64,000 nt of DNA from Cenarchaeum sp. (lineage in GTDB: Archaea > Thermoproteota > Nitrososphaeria > Nitrososphaerales > Nitrosopumilaceae): assembly GCA_965212015.1 (NCBI GenBank), contig OZ243037.1:1056001-1120000 (forward strand), in the 5' to 3' direction. Both the position numbers and the translations under genes were made by a program. Each line of letters opens with the position of its first letter. Position 1 is the stretch's first letter. The notes beneath the pieces are model-generated. The model saw nothing but the letters and a program-made list of their open reading frames with translations, was not told where the DNA came from and did no database searches. Shown here piece after piece: positions 1 to 10,679 of this stretch.

Positions 1-236
1 GGGATTCATTTGGTGCCAAGTATGCCGGAGCACAAATCGACGTAAAGTAGCTAAAAGAAGAAGCGTGTGGCAGTGACTAATGTATGGGGGCGAACCCGAG
101 TCCAACCGGCACGAAATTCCACCCTGTTGTATTGCGCCGTTTCTGCGGTTTGCCGGCAAGGGATTCTGCATGTTTTTGGCCAATAAATCCGCACTGGATT
201 CCTTAAGAATAAATATAACTATCCGGATGATATCAC

Positions 237-419
237 ATGAACAAAGCGGGCCAAAATATGCACAGGCGCTTTACAAAAGAACAGATTGCAGAGCAGGCAA
301 AATTCAGGAATGACCTGAAAAATGGAAATGCAAAGTTTGCATTTTCAGGCACGTTTAAAGACGGAATTGATTTTTTAAAAGTGACTGGCAAGCTTGTGGA
401 CGCTTTTAACCACTCTTAA
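237..419 (+). CDS. small hypothetical protein
   Basis: 60-aa ATG ORF with an AT-rich TATA-like stretch just upstream; no recognisable motif. Confidence 0.35.
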   Translation: MNKAGQNMHRRFTKEQIAEQAKFRNDLKNGNAKFAFSGTFKDGIDFLKVTGKLVDAFNHS

Positions 420-834
420 GTTTCTAATCTCGTTTTGAATGCCAGACAAGTTTCTAAAATCCATGGTTTTGGAGAATGTCCCATATTCGGAGAAGCGCAG
501 GTATTACTGGCGGGTTTAAAGATATCGAATATGACGGGGCCGTCTCAGAGCACGCCAGACCATCGCATGGATGGCAGAAGAGGTGTACGTTATATCCATC
601 AATGAAAATGGGATACGCCAAAAGCTGAAAAATTACAGATAGGGGCCATATGGCTGCTTTTCCGGCCCCGCCTACGGGACTAGAAAACTTACCAAAAAGG
701 CAATTTTTTATAACCATGACGTGTATCTTGTAGTTTTTTTACCGTGTAATAGTGTCAATAATATACATCCCAATCAGGCCAAACCGGAGCACCCGGGACA
801 GCGAGGCGGCCGGGGATTCAGAAGAGTCATACTC

Positions 835-1470
835 TTAGCGCGATTCCAACAGCTTTCCGATTCTGGAGCAGAGATCGGGCTTTTCGTTCTGCCCCATGCA
901 GTATTTCAGGTCGTCACAATCGTCAATGTCCATCATCATCCTCCTTATGAACACCAGCGACGTGTTGGTGGTGTTTTTTCGCCCCGTGGCAAGGTGGATT
1001 TTGTAGCTGTCCTCGTCATAGTGCGTCTCCATGAGCTTCGGCGGCATGCGCAGCAGCGCGTTTGTACCGTCGAATTTTCTCGACGGGACGACTAGCGCGC
1101 ACGCAGGGGTGCTGCGAAACTGCAGCAAAAAGTCAATGTCCTGTGCCTTGATGAACGGGACGTCCTGCGGAAGCACGATTGATGCGCCAAACGAGTTTTG
1201 GGCCGCATACTCGTCGGCAAGTGAGACTGCGTGGTTGACTCCGGACTCGTCGTCGGTGATTTCAACTGCGCCGAATTTTTTTGCAACCTCAAAGACGTTC
1301 TCGTCGCGCGACACTACCACTACAGAGTCGATGCGGCTAGAGGAGGAGACTATTCCGAGCACCTCCTCGAGCATGATTCTGCACAGATCCTCCTTTATCT
1401 CGCCGGGCAGATTCAGGCGGGACTTTGCGCCAGAAAACGTCTTTACCGGTATTATCGCGCACAGTTTCAA
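835..1470 (-). CDS. cofC: 2-phospho-L-lactate guanylyltransferase (F420 biosynthesis)
   Basis: IIPVKTFSGAKSRL N-terminus, DGTNAL and DIDD motifs; directly downstream of cofD. Confidence 0.9.
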   Translation of the reverse strand: MKLCAIIPVKTFSGAKSRLNLPGEIKEDLCRIMLEEVLGIVSSSSRIDSVVVVSRDENVFEVAKKFGAVEITDDESGVNHAVSLADEYAAQNSFGASIVLPQDVPFIKAQDIDFLLQFRSTPACALVVPSRKFDGTNALLRMPPKLMETHYDEDSYKIHLATGRKNTTNTSLVFIRRMMMDIDDCDDLKYCMGQNEKPDLCSRIGKLLESR

Positions 1471-1472
1471 AG

Positions 1473-2393
1473 CTAAACGCGCACTTGTTTGAGTACAAAC
1501 GATGCAAGCGCCTCTTCGGCCGCCTTGTTTTTCATGAGAATCTTTGACTCATAGACGTTCATGTCGAGGTTTTTAATCTTCTTGATTAGCAGCTTGTCCT
1601 TGGAATCCACCACAATGTTCGAGCACACGTCTGAGTACATCTTTGCCAGCCCGAACGAGTTGGTCTCGATTCCCGCCGCGGCCATATAGTCGCCGGCAGG
1701 ACCGCTGATTGCCTTGTTTCCAATCAGCGGACTCACTGCGACTACCTTCTTTTTTACCTTGGAGAGCTCCTTTCGTATTCCCTTGATTTGCAGCATGGGC
1801 CCGATGCTAGTCAGCGGGTTTCCCGGCGCGAGTATTATCATGCGCGAGTCGTGAATCGCGTTTATGGCCTCCGGGTTGGGCCTTGCCTTCTCAGAGCCGA
1901 TGTACTGTATCCCCTCCACCTTGTCCTTTCCCCTGTATTTGACCCAGAACTCTTGTATGTGAAGCTCGCCCTTGTCCGTGGTTATCCTGGTCTCCACGGT
2001 GTTGTCAGTCACGGGAATGACCTTGGAGCTGACTGCGAACTTTTCGCACATCCATTTCGTAATGTCGCTGAGGTTTTTGCCGTTCTTTAGCATGTTGGTC
2101 CGGATAAGGTGGGTGGCCGCATCCCGGTCCCCGATTCGAAACCACGTCTCCTCCCCGAACACCTCCATCTGGCGCAGAAAATTAAAGGTGTCCTTTTTGA
2201 TCCCCCATCCGCGCTCATAGTCAAGTATGTCTGCCAGTCCGTATATTATGGTGTCAATATCCGGGCACACGTACATGCCGTACAGCCAATAGTTGTCGCC
2301 CACGTTGCTAATCACGTTTACGTCGCTTTCCTGCGCTGCCAGTCCGCGCACCAGTTTCACGGATCCTGATCCGCCGGCAAATATCGTAATCAT
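1473..2393 (-). CDS. cofD: 2-phospho-L-lactate transferase
   Basis: AGGSGSVKL, NVGD, CPDIDT, IGDRD and PGNPLTSIGP motifs. Confidence 0.93.
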   Translation of the reverse strand: MITIFAGGSGSVKLVRGLAAQESDVNVISNVGDNYWLYGMYVCPDIDTIIYGLADILDYERGWGIKKDTFNFLRQMEVFGEETWFRIGDRDAATHLIRTNMLKNGKNLSDITKWMCEKFAVSSKVIPVTDNTVETRITTDKGELHIQEFWVKYRGKDKVEGIQYIGSEKARPNPEAINAIHDSRMIILAPGNPLTSIGPMLQIKGIRKELSKVKKKVVAVSPLIGNKAISGPAGDYMAAAGIETNSFGLAKMYSDVCSNIVVDSKDKLLIKKIKNLDMNVYESKILMKNKAAEEALASFVLKQVRV

Positions 2394-2499
2394 TCAGTCC
2401 AAAACTCGGATTTACGGAGGTTCCATACTACATATTACTTTTTCAAATGGCCCGCGGTTTGGGATAGATTTATTACTCTCAAAGGCGCGATCAGATTCT

Positions 2500-3867
2500 G
2501 TGAATTTCAAGGCCGTTGCGCTTGCCGTATTGTTTACAGGTTTTCTTGTATTTGGCGCCCAGACAGTATACGGCGCCCAGCTAAGCGCCATAGTAGATCC
2601 GGACAAGGACCTGGCCGACTTTGAGGTGACCTACCAGAGAAGCACCTTCATAGAGCACGGGAATACGGGCCAGATTGCAGACATGCTAAACGGCAGATCA
2701 TGGGTCATACAAGAGTCCTCCAGCACACCCGAGCCCGATGCAATAGCGCTGAGAAACGCGCTAAACCAAAAGATCGCCTCCGACGGAAGCGGCACGCAGA
2801 TATCGGATCTGACAGTCGAGTACTCGGCGACGCTTACCGGCCGCCAGCTAAACACGGCCATTGATTACAAGGTTACCATCAGCGGCACGCTGACGGACTA
2901 CAAGATTGCAATTGACGGCGCGGCAGGCAGCAGGACGCTGATTGACTTGGGATGGCGCGGCATGTCGGTGAACGGCCCCGTAATGATAAACGGCATTGAA
3001 ATCAACATGCCGATATCCGCATTAAAGACAAACGAGCCTGGCACGTATGCGCACATTCAGGACAGTACGGCAGAATCGCTGCTGAGCAGAGTCCTGATCA
3101 ATGCAGACAGGGTCCACGAGCTAGAGCTGCCAGCATGGCACTTTTTGTTTAATCCGGCCGGCATCAGCTCGGATGCCGCCAGGCTGGGTCTGGCCGATGA
3201 GATAAAGGGCCATGTGCTATCACAGTTTACAATGGGCGAGAGCAGCCTAAGGGAAGGCAGGCAGGTGGAAAGCGACGTGTATGCAGAGTTTACCGCCGAC
3301 AAGATATACAAGGTCAGGTCGGTACAGTCAGCAGACTCTGCAGAGATTAGCGCCATAGGATTTGCGGCAATTGACAGGCTCGGCGATGTGGAGATAATCG
3401 GGGTCACGCCGACGGCACCGGAGGGATACGGCAACACGTCGACTGGCGGCTTTCCGGTTACGATAATCTATGGAATGGCGGGGCTTGCTGCAGTAGGCGG
3501 CGGGGCGTTTTTCATATTCAGCAACAGGCAGCTAAAAAAGGAAAAGAACCAGGGCCAGACGGGAATCGATCCCTCAAGGCTTACCGGCCGCCAGACAAGC
3601 GCCAGCTCCGGCGGGTACCAGACCAACAGGGGCGAGGCGCAGCTAAAGGATTCGACTGACTATGCCCAGACCAGAAGCGTATACGACAATGCCGGCCCGC
3701 AGGACAGGCAGCCGGCGCTGGCATCCTCTGAGGCCTCGTGCGGCTGCGCAGCATCTGCCGATTCAGATATGGAATGCGACTGTGAGATGCAGGGACAGTG
3801 CCTTTGCGACTCTACGTGCGGCTGCAGCTCCGGCACGTGCAAGGACGCCGTAAGGGACATGCAGTAA
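2500..3867 (+). CDS. exported/membrane protein with C-terminal TM helix and Cys-rich tail
   Basis: Signal-like N-terminus from GTG at 2500 (the ORF track extends into cofD); TM segment near the C-terminus; CGC..CDC..CLC..CGC tail. Confidence 0.7.
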   Translation: MNFKAVALAVLFTGFLVFGAQTVYGAQLSAIVDPDKDLADFEVTYQRSTFIEHGNTGQIADMLNGRSWVIQESSSTPEPDAIALRNALNQKIASDGSGTQISDLTVEYSATLTGRQLNTAIDYKVTISGTLTDYKIAIDGAAGSRTLIDLGWRGMSVNGPVMINGIEINMPISALKTNEPGTYAHIQDSTAESLLSRVLINADRVHELELPAWHFLFNPAGISSDAARLGLADEIKGHVLSQFTMGESSLREGRQVESDVYAEFTADKIYKVRSVQSADSAEISAIGFAAIDRLGDVEIIGVTPTAPEGYGNTSTGGFPVTIIYGMAGLAAVGGGAFFIFSNRQLKKEKNQGQTGIDPSRLTGRQTSASSGGYQTNRGEAQLKDSTDYAQTRSVYDNAGPQDRQPALASSEASCGCAASADSDMECDCEMQGQCLCDSTCGCSSGTCKDAVRDMQ

Positions 3868-3869
3868 GG

Positions 3870-4364
3870 CTAGAGGCGTATATTGTACTCTTCAAGCAGC
3901 GGGTCAATTTCCGACTCTGTTTTTATCCCGGCATAGTCCCCAAGCAGGTTCCTGTTCAGGTCATAAAACGTGTGCCCCCACTTGAACTTGGCGAGCAGCC
4001 CAGATGCACTATCCGGGTATCCCAGTATGAACAGGGCGGCAGATATGGCCTCGACTGTGGTCAGCTTGTTTAGCTTTGAATAGTTTACCGGATTGCCCGC
4101 AAACAGCGGGGGAAGCCTTCTTGGAACGCCAGAAAATCCCGCAGAAAAGGTCTCGCCTGTCCTGGTCCACGAGCAGTCTATTCCCGTTATTGATCCGACC
4201 AGTCTTCTGTCTGCCCGGAGCACGGTCCTTTCTGCAAAGGGATCAAGGATTAGTGTCCTGCGGCCGGTCTTTTTGACGCTTTTTGCCAGCCCGAGCCGGA
4301 CAAGCTTGGCTGCCGTGCATTTCTTTGGATCGTCTTGCCTGTACATCAGGACCTGGACGTGCAT
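3870..4364 (-). CDS. tsr3: 16S rRNA aminocarboxypropyltransferase Tsr3 (DUF367)
   Basis: QDDPKKCTA, IDCSW, AGNPVNYSK, FKWGHTF motifs. Confidence 0.92.
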   Translation of the reverse strand: MHVQVLMYRQDDPKKCTAAKLVRLGLAKSVKKTGRRTLILDPFAERTVLRADRRLVGSITGIDCSWTRTGETFSAGFSGVPRRLPPLFAGNPVNYSKLNKLTTVEAISAALFILGYPDSASGLLAKFKWGHTFYDLNRNLLGDYAGIKTESEIDPLLEEYNIRL

Positions 4365-4394
4365 CGGACTAGTTCCGGGCCGTGATATTTGAGT

Positions 4395-7300
4395 CTATTC
4401 CTGCGAGACGCGCGTTATCTTGTAGTAAAAGCGCGACGGCTGGTCGTCCTTTAGAATCTCGACGTTCCAGAGGCCGATGTGTATTGTGTCATCAGCCGGC
4501 AGCACGGAGAACTTTTCTAGTATGGCATCAGGACCGCTGTACCGTATATTGTAGCTCTTGCCGTCAATGTCTGCAGTCTTGTAGATTCCCTGTACGGTCC
4601 TCGTGGACTCGGAGACGAGGCATCCGGGGCCGATGACGCATGTTCCGTTTCCTGTCACGACCCTGAGGTTGACTGACGCCTCCTGGCCCCTGGCGGTGGT
4701 AAACAGCGAGCCCTGTATCACCCTTGGGGCCAGCTCTGTGCCGTTTTGCACCGATATGACAGAATTGATGGCTATCGCATCATCGAGTATGCGGTTGAAC
4801 TTTTCAATGACGCGCAGTGCCTGCGGTTCTGGCTCGGCAGGCGGGTCTCCCACAGTAAAGCGCGACTCGAATGTGCCAAACGCAACGTCGGCCAGTATCC
4901 TGTAGCTTCCCAAGTCTTCAGGCTCGGATCCTATGGTATAGTCGTACTCGAACATTCCGGCAGAGCTTGGCAGCAGCGTCACCGTGCTCCCGGCAGAGCC
5001 GCAGACCGGAAGATTCCCGCATATGCTCTGGGCTTTTTCCTCGTGAAGGATGGTAAGGTCTATCTTTTCAAGGTGCACCAGCTTGTTTAGCCTGCCGGTG
5101 ATGTGCACAGTCTCGCCGGACATATAGTTCTCCTTGTCAATCCCGATGATAAGCGCAAGTTTCTCATCTCCGCCGTATTTCAGCTCATTGTCGACTGAAA
5201 ACGAGGCAGTGGACCTGTGCTTGTTGTAAAAGGCCGTAATCTTGTATTTTCCCTCGCCAAAGATGGTCACCGGAAGGTTGAGCTCTGTCTCAAAGTTTCC
5301 CCCGTTGTCCAGGTACAGAAACGTGGTGTAAAGCTCCCTAAGCGGGGCAAAGGCCTGCTTTACGCTGATCTTTACCCTGTCTTCGGTCACCAGGCCCTCC
5401 TGGCCCTGGTCGCGCTTTTGTGCCGTTCCCGAGATTACCATGTTGGTGCCGGCGTTATAGACCTGCCTGTCAGTCGTCACCTCGACGGGCTGCGTCCTTA
5501 GCGTGTCGGCCTCGGGATTCGGCGAGACCTTGAAGAACACGTTTACGTTTTGTGAGTTTGTCTTAAAGACTGCCTTGTACACGCCGTAATTGCTCATGGT
5601 AGTGCCGCGCTCGTTTGATACTGTCTGCGTCTTTTCTGCTATCGGCGTCTGCCACGACCACGAAAACCTGGAATTCTCAGTCAGTGCGCCAAACTCGTCA
5701 ATGTCCCCGTCTGGCTTGTGAAGGACGATTTTTAGCTCGGCCTGTGCCAGCCCGGAGAATATGCCGTCGACTGTGACAGTCTCGTCCAGGCCAAAGACCT
5801 CCTTGTTGAGATCAATCCTGTACTGTTCCCCTATGTCAAGCGAATCAGTCACAGTAAAGGTGTCGCGCGCCTTGTACTTGTCTGCGGCGTACGAGGCCTC
5901 TATGACGTACATGCCGGGACTGTACTGCCTGCGGTGAAGCGTATCCTCCACCAAAAAGTTTCCCCCCGAATCGGGAACTGCGGTAAGCGAATAGACCACG
6001 GGCTCGATGCCTGCCGCGCCCAGCCGCGCCTTGAACTCTTGCGTCTTGAGCGTCGAGCCGCCGACCTCGGAGATTTTGATGCTCACCAGATTGGTGTGAA
6101 ACGTGCTGCTCGTAAAGATCTTGTTTACCTTGCCGGTGATGGTAAACGTGTCGCCCAGGTCGTACGAGGCCCTGTCGGTGCGCACCGTCAGCGGCGTGGT
6201 CTCGTCCCCGGTGTATGCAGTGGCGTTCTCCGTCACCCGGAAAAAGATCTGGGCCGTGCCCACGTCCTGGGAGACCTTGACGCGGTACTCCCCGTACCTG
6301 TTGGGATCGTTTACTATATCAAACTCGTACTCAAACGTGCTGTCGCCTGCAAGCCTGGTCAGGTCGGTCTTTTTTGTGAAAAACTGGACCAGCGTATCGA
6401 GGCGGCCGTCCCGCTCTTCGGGGACGGTGCCGTCAGATGCCGCCTCAGAATCGGCCGGTGCGCGCGATATCTGCTCGATTTCTATGTCCAGTGAGGGAAT
6501 CCAAATGTTGTTGAGCCTGCCGGAGATTACGACCGTATCGCCTATATCGTACACCTCGCTGTCAGTGGACAGCGAGATCGGCACGTCCTCTATTAGCTCC
6601 GGCGCAAGCTCAAAGGACGACTCGGCAGTCAGTCCGAAATATTCGGCAGTAACGGAATAAGTCCCAAAGATGGGATTGATCCTGCTGGTAAAGAGGTCAG
6701 TTGAAAACCTGCCCGAAGAGTCCGGATAAAGCGCGCCGCCAAAATGCTTTGCCCCGTCGGGATTATACACCTGGAACTGCACGCCCTCGAACTGGTACGT
6801 CCTTGTGAGATTGCCGGACAGCTTTATTGTCTGTCCCGGTATGTAAGAGTCCGCATCCGTAAAGACTGAGAACTTGCCCGCATCCTGCCTGTCTGTTATA
6901 ACTGCAGGATCGCCTACCAGGAATTGCGCTTGGGCAGTAGAGCCGGCGTACTCTACTGATACATTGTATGTTCCGTGCCGCACGCCCAGTACCTCCTGCA
7001 GGCTGATCTGCGTCTCATAGTTGAGCTGCGCATCAGGGTATAGCGAGAACTGCCTCGCATATCCCGGTCCGTTGACTGTCATCTCGATGGTTGCCACGCC
7101 AAATATCGGCTTTTCTACTGATATTTTTTCAGAGACATCGCCGGAGATTACGGCATACTCGCCAAAGACGTACTCTGGCTTGTCAGTGGACAGTGTGACT
7201 GTCAGCTGTCTTTGCTCCAGTACCTCATCTATCTGGCCGTTGCGCGTGTTTATGGTTGCCGGCTCGAACTTCCAGTCCCCTATGGAAGAGCCGTATCCGT

Positions 7301-7706
7301 CGCGGATTCTCTGCCAGGAAAGGTGATCGTTTTGCAGATCAGTCAGGGGCGGGGTCTGATCTATGGGCATCCCGGAGGCATCATGCAGGTATGCTATCGA
7401 GCCTGTGTTGGGAAACCATAACGTGGTATGCAGGAATATCTGGAACGAGCCTGCCGGTATGGTGGTTCCCGCCGGAATCACCAGCGGCTGTCTAAAGCCG
7501 GAGGATGCGACCTGCCATTCGCCGATATAGACGTCGTCTCCAGTCGGGTTGTAGAGCTCCACCCATTCGGTGATGGTCTTTGAGTCATCCCCCGGCGGGT
7601 TGATGTCAATCTCGTTGATTACTATGGAATCTGACTGCGCAAACGCAGGCGTGAGGCCCGCCATCAGGGCGGCAAATGCAAGGATGGCAAGGAGTTTGGG
7701 GGCCAT
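4395..7706 (-). CDS. large secreted protein with lamin-tail domain and repeated Ig/MG2-like domains
   Basis: Signal peptide (MAPKLL...AFAQ); IVINEIDINP..EWVELYN lamin-tail motif; repeated TDxxxYxxGxxxxIxG modules. Confidence 0.8.
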   Translation of the reverse strand: MAPKLLAILAFAALMAGLTPAFAQSDSIVINEIDINPPGDDSKTITEWVELYNPTGDDVYIGEWQVASSGFRQPLVIPAGTTIPAGSFQIFLHTTLWFPNTGSIAYLHDASGMPIDQTPPLTDLQNDHLSWQRIRDGYGSSIGDWKFEPATINTRNGQIDEVLEQRQLTVTLSTDKPEYVFGEYAVISGDVSEKISVEKPIFGVATIEMTVNGPGYARQFSLYPDAQLNYETQISLQEVLGVRHGTYNVSVEYAGSTAQAQFLVGDPAVITDRQDAGKFSVFTDADSYIPGQTIKLSGNLTRTYQFEGVQFQVYNPDGAKHFGGALYPDSSGRFSTDLFTSRINPIFGTYSVTAEYFGLTAESSFELAPELIEDVPISLSTDSEVYDIGDTVVISGRLNNIWIPSLDIEIEQISRAPADSEAASDGTVPEERDGRLDTLVQFFTKKTDLTRLAGDSTFEYEFDIVNDPNRYGEYRVKVSQDVGTAQIFFRVTENATAYTGDETTPLTVRTDRASYDLGDTFTITGKVNKIFTSSTFHTNLVSIKISEVGGSTLKTQEFKARLGAAGIEPVVYSLTAVPDSGGNFLVEDTLHRRQYSPGMYVIEASYAADKYKARDTFTVTDSLDIGEQYRIDLNKEVFGLDETVTVDGIFSGLAQAELKIVLHKPDGDIDEFGALTENSRFSWSWQTPIAEKTQTVSNERGTTMSNYGVYKAVFKTNSQNVNVFFKVSPNPEADTLRTQPVEVTTDRQVYNAGTNMVISGTAQKRDQGQEGLVTEDRVKISVKQAFAPLRELYTTFLYLDNGGNFETELNLPVTIFGEGKYKITAFYNKHRSTASFSVDNELKYGGDEKLALIIGIDKENYMSGETVHITGRLNKLVHLEKIDLTILHEEKAQSICGNLPVCGSAGSTVTLLPSSAGMFEYDYTIGSEPEDLGSYRILADVAFGTFESRFTVGDPPAEPEPQALRVIEKFNRILDDAIAINSVISVQNGTELAPRVIQGSLFTTARGQEASVNLRVVTGNGTCVIGPGCLVSESTRTVQGIYKTADIDGKSYNIRYSGPDAILEKFSVLPADDTIHIGLWNVEILKDDQPSRFYYKITRVSQE

Positions 7707-7878
7707 GTCTGTACGCATTTCAGATTTTAGCCATTTTAGAATCAAATAGAGTAAAAGTTGAGCTGCTTGTTAAAGTCATAGATGCCGCGCGGTTCACCCG
7801 TAAATTCGGGCATTATTTGTAATAAAGCATGCGCAACAATCGTATTGCGCCCAGAAACAGGCCTATGATTCGGGCCAG

Positions 7879-8130
7879 TCACGCCGGCTCGTCATCGCAG
7901 ACGGCGCACCTGCCGCCTTTTATCTGGTTGCCGCACTCGGCGCAAAACCCCTCCCCTGCCTGCCTGTCAAGGGCGGCCTTTCTGTTGGCAGTTATCGACT
8001 TTAGGCCAAAAAATATCGCGGCACCTATGGCCAGCGCGTACGGAAACGCCAGGTACACCATGGCTGCCATGACGATCATTGCGGTGGCCGCCAAAAGTAT
8101 GGCGTCCCTTTTGACAAAATACAATGCCAC
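7879..8130 (-). CDS. small membrane protein with C-terminal zinc ribbon
   Basis: Two hydrophobic segments, then CAEC...CAVC; start placed at GTG 8130 so it does not overlap the tRNA. Confidence 0.55.
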   Translation of the reverse strand: MALYFVKRDAILLAATAMIVMAAMVYLAFPYALAIGAAIFFGLKSITANRKAALDRQAGEGFCAECGNQIKGGRCAVCDDEPA

Positions 8131-8182
8131 GGTACCGGACGAATTCGATAAAAAGCTATGCCGCCGCACGTGCCGGAAAAAA

Positions 8183-8256
8183 TGGGATTGGCAGGATTTG
8201 AACCTGCGGTCTCTAGCACCCAAAGCTAGAATCATACCAAGCTAGACTACAATCCC
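8183..8256 (-). tRNA. tRNA-Pro(TGG)
   Basis: Reverse complement folds as a cloverleaf: GGGATTG/CAATCCC acceptor stem, CTAGC-TTTGGGT-GCTAG anticodon arm, GGTTCAAATCC T-loop; no intron. Confidence 0.95.
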
Positions 8257-8335
8257 AACGAATCAGCAGGCGCTTACCTCCAATTTAAGCATGACATATG
8301 ATGATTTTAAATAACCAGCGGGCAGAGACGGGACG

Positions 8336-9232
8336 ATGAACCTGCAGGACTATGTCGAGGCCGGCAAGATTGCATCGCAGGTGCGCGAGGCGGCAAGAAA
8401 GAAAAACTGGGTGGGAAGGACGGTCTATGAGATCTGCGAGGAGCTGGAGGGACAGATAAGGGGCCTCGGGGCAAAGTGCGCGTTTCCGGTGAATGCCAGC
8501 ATAAACGAGACGGCGGCCCACTATACCGCAGAGCCCGGCGACGAGCGCACGATTGCAGAGGATGATCTCGTAAAGCTTGATCTTGGCGCGCAGATCAACG
8601 GGTTCATTGCGGATACTGCGGTGACTGTAAACTATGATCCCGCGTACGACGGCATGGTGTCGGCAGCAGAGGACGCGCTGTCTGACGCAATGTCGATGGT
8701 GAGGGCCGGCGTCAGGGCAAGCGACGTCGGAAGGACCATAGAAAAGACGATAAAACGCCTGGGATTCAAGCCCATAGCCAACCTCAGCGGGCATTCCCTA
8801 GGCCGGTATTCCATTCACGCGGGAAGATCGATTCCGAACATCTGGTCTATCACGTCGTTTTCACTCTCAGGCGCCAGCGCGTATGCGTGCGAGCCCTTTG
8901 TCACCACCAGAGAGGGGCTGGGCTTTGTCAGGGAGGGCAGGATCAGGAACATCTATGCAATGGTGTCAAGGAAAAAGACAAAGGACGCAGAGGCAGACAG
9001 GCTGCTTGACTATATCTGGGAGAATTTCAACATGCTGCCCTTTGCGCTGCGGTGGATTACGGGGCAGTGGGAGGAGGACAGGGCGCGCGAGCTGCTAGAT
9101 GTACTGGTCAGAAAAAAAACAGTCCACGCATATCCCATACTGGTGGAGGCAAACGGGCAACGAGTCGCGCAGGCAGAGCACACATTTATTCCCGTCGAGG
9201 GCGGCGCGACGATTACCACCATCACCCGGTAG
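8336..9232 (+). CDS. map: type II methionine aminopeptidase
   Basis: AFPVN..AAHY, KLDLG, DTAVT, NLSGH, EPF and AQAEHT motifs. Confidence 0.95.
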   Translation: MNLQDYVEAGKIASQVREAARKKNWVGRTVYEICEELEGQIRGLGAKCAFPVNASINETAAHYTAEPGDERTIAEDDLVKLDLGAQINGFIADTAVTVNYDPAYDGMVSAAEDALSDAMSMVRAGVRASDVGRTIEKTIKRLGFKPIANLSGHSLGRYSIHAGRSIPNIWSITSFSLSGASAYACEPFVTTREGLGFVREGRIRNIYAMVSRKKTKDAEADRLLDYIWENFNMLPFALRWITGQWEEDRARELLDVLVRKKTVHAYPILVEANGQRVAQAEHTFIPVEGGATITTITR

Positions 9233-9395
9233 GCTCGCCAAATATGCGCTCTATTAGCAGCACGCCGCCGCAGGAGCACTTTGCAGCCTCTAAAAACACG
9301 TAATCGCCGTCCCTGAATTTCCGGCGAATCTCCCTCTTGCACTGCCCGCACCGCTCAACAGAGTATGTCACGACGGTCTTTTTTTTCTCAAACAC
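9222..9395 (-). CDS. 57-aa zinc-ribbon protein (missing from the ORF track)
   Basis: Translated by hand: MFEKKKTVVTYSVERCGQCKREIRRKFRDGDYVFLEAAKCSCGGVLLIERIFGEPTG; GTG start overlaps the DUF1512 stop. Confidence 0.7.
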   Translation of the reverse strand: MFEKKKTVVTYSVERCGQCKREIRRKFRDGDYVFLEAAKCSCGGVLLIERIFGEPTG

Positions 9396-10510
9396 TACTG
9401 GCCCACCCCCGCGGTGTTTCCAACCCCGACTATCAGGACTGACTGTCCCTGAATGGTGTTTTCCCTTATCATCTCGTATATCTGGGAGCGCACATCGTCT
9501 GCCTTTAGCGCAATCTCTTTTGTCATGAGTCCGACTGCCTCCTTTACTGACTGCCTTACTATTATTGCAAGGATTGGAATGTTTTGCCTTGCCGCCTCCT
9601 CCTCTATCTGAAAGCGCTCCGTTCCAATCCCGCCGATCGCAGCGCCAAACCCCCTTGCAACGGTTGCAGAGTCCTCGCCCTCCATCTTTAGCGACGCATC
9701 AACCATTATGATTGCATCCGGCCTGTTCTTGGATAGCATGTTTTTTACCCCGTCGCCGAGCCGGCCGACGGTGGACAGCGGGCCCTGCGCCTTTATCAGG
9801 TACAGCGTCCTGCCCTCAAACGCAGACTCGCCCCAGACAGTCTGAAACGCCGCCTCGTTTTTTTCAGTATTTAACATCATTCTGCCCACCACCATGGGCC
9901 CTATCCCGTCGCCGACGGGTTGTCCCGCCATAAAGGCCGGAACCGCCTTTTTAAGCGCCTCGGCCTGCTCCATTATAAAGGGAAGCATCATTTGTAATGG
10001 AAGAATCAGCGGAAAGTTCTTTTGTCTTTTGGCGGTAAGAAACAGGTGGTTGGTTATCTTGTATAACAGCTGCAGCGTGGAGGAGATTTCAAGCAGCGTC
10101 TGGATTCTTGCAACGTCTGCATCATCCATATCTGGCGACATTGCCCTGACGTGCCGCCTGGTATGGTCCTCCCTTGAGCGCACAAAGTGCTGCACCTTGG
10201 GCACGATGCCGGCCGGATCCATGTCCACCGGCATTATCGAAAAATAGTCGATAAAGGTGTCCAGTTTTTTTTCCGGATCCTTTACGTGTTTTTTGACAAA
10301 CCCTACGAGCTCCTGCCTTGACTCGTCGCGGTACTCTGACAGCTTTGTGATGCTTTTTTTAATTTCACCCGACGTCACCATGAGCTGGATTCGCTGCCCG
10401 TAAAAGACGAAAAGAATTATCGGCAGTATCCAGATCAGCATTATGAGCGGGTTTGAGTCAGAGCCGAATCCAAAAAACTCGTCAATGTCAAAATTTGTCA
10501 GATCCAACAC
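9395..10510 (-). CDS. DUF1512 family archaeal protein
   Basis: PVDMDPAGIV, GDGIGP, VDASLKMEGE and GVGNT motifs; usual neighbour of map. Confidence 0.85.
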   Translation of the reverse strand: MLDLTNFDIDEFFGFGSDSNPLIMLIWILPIILFVFYGQRIQLMVTSGEIKKSITKLSEYRDESRQELVGFVKKHVKDPEKKLDTFIDYFSIMPVDMDPAGIVPKVQHFVRSREDHTRRHVRAMSPDMDDADVARIQTLLEISSTLQLLYKITNHLFLTAKRQKNFPLILPLQMMLPFIMEQAEALKKAVPAFMAGQPVGDGIGPMVVGRMMLNTEKNEAAFQTVWGESAFEGRTLYLIKAQGPLSTVGRLGDGVKNMLSKNRPDAIIMVDASLKMEGEDSATVARGFGAAIGGIGTERFQIEEEAARQNIPILAIIVRQSVKEAVGLMTKEIALKADDVRSQIYEMIRENTIQGQSVLIVGVGNTAGVGQ

Positions 10511-10679
10511 CAGCTGGGATTAGGGTTTCCAAATTAAAACATTCGGTATTTGCTCCCTGCTCCGGAGGACCATTCCCGCAGGCCGGTGCGATCCCGAGTC
10601 CCGTCCTGCGTCTTGATCACGCAACTGGCCTATGGGGCGATCAATGACTTATTATAGTTAATGTTGGAGAATCCTGTAA

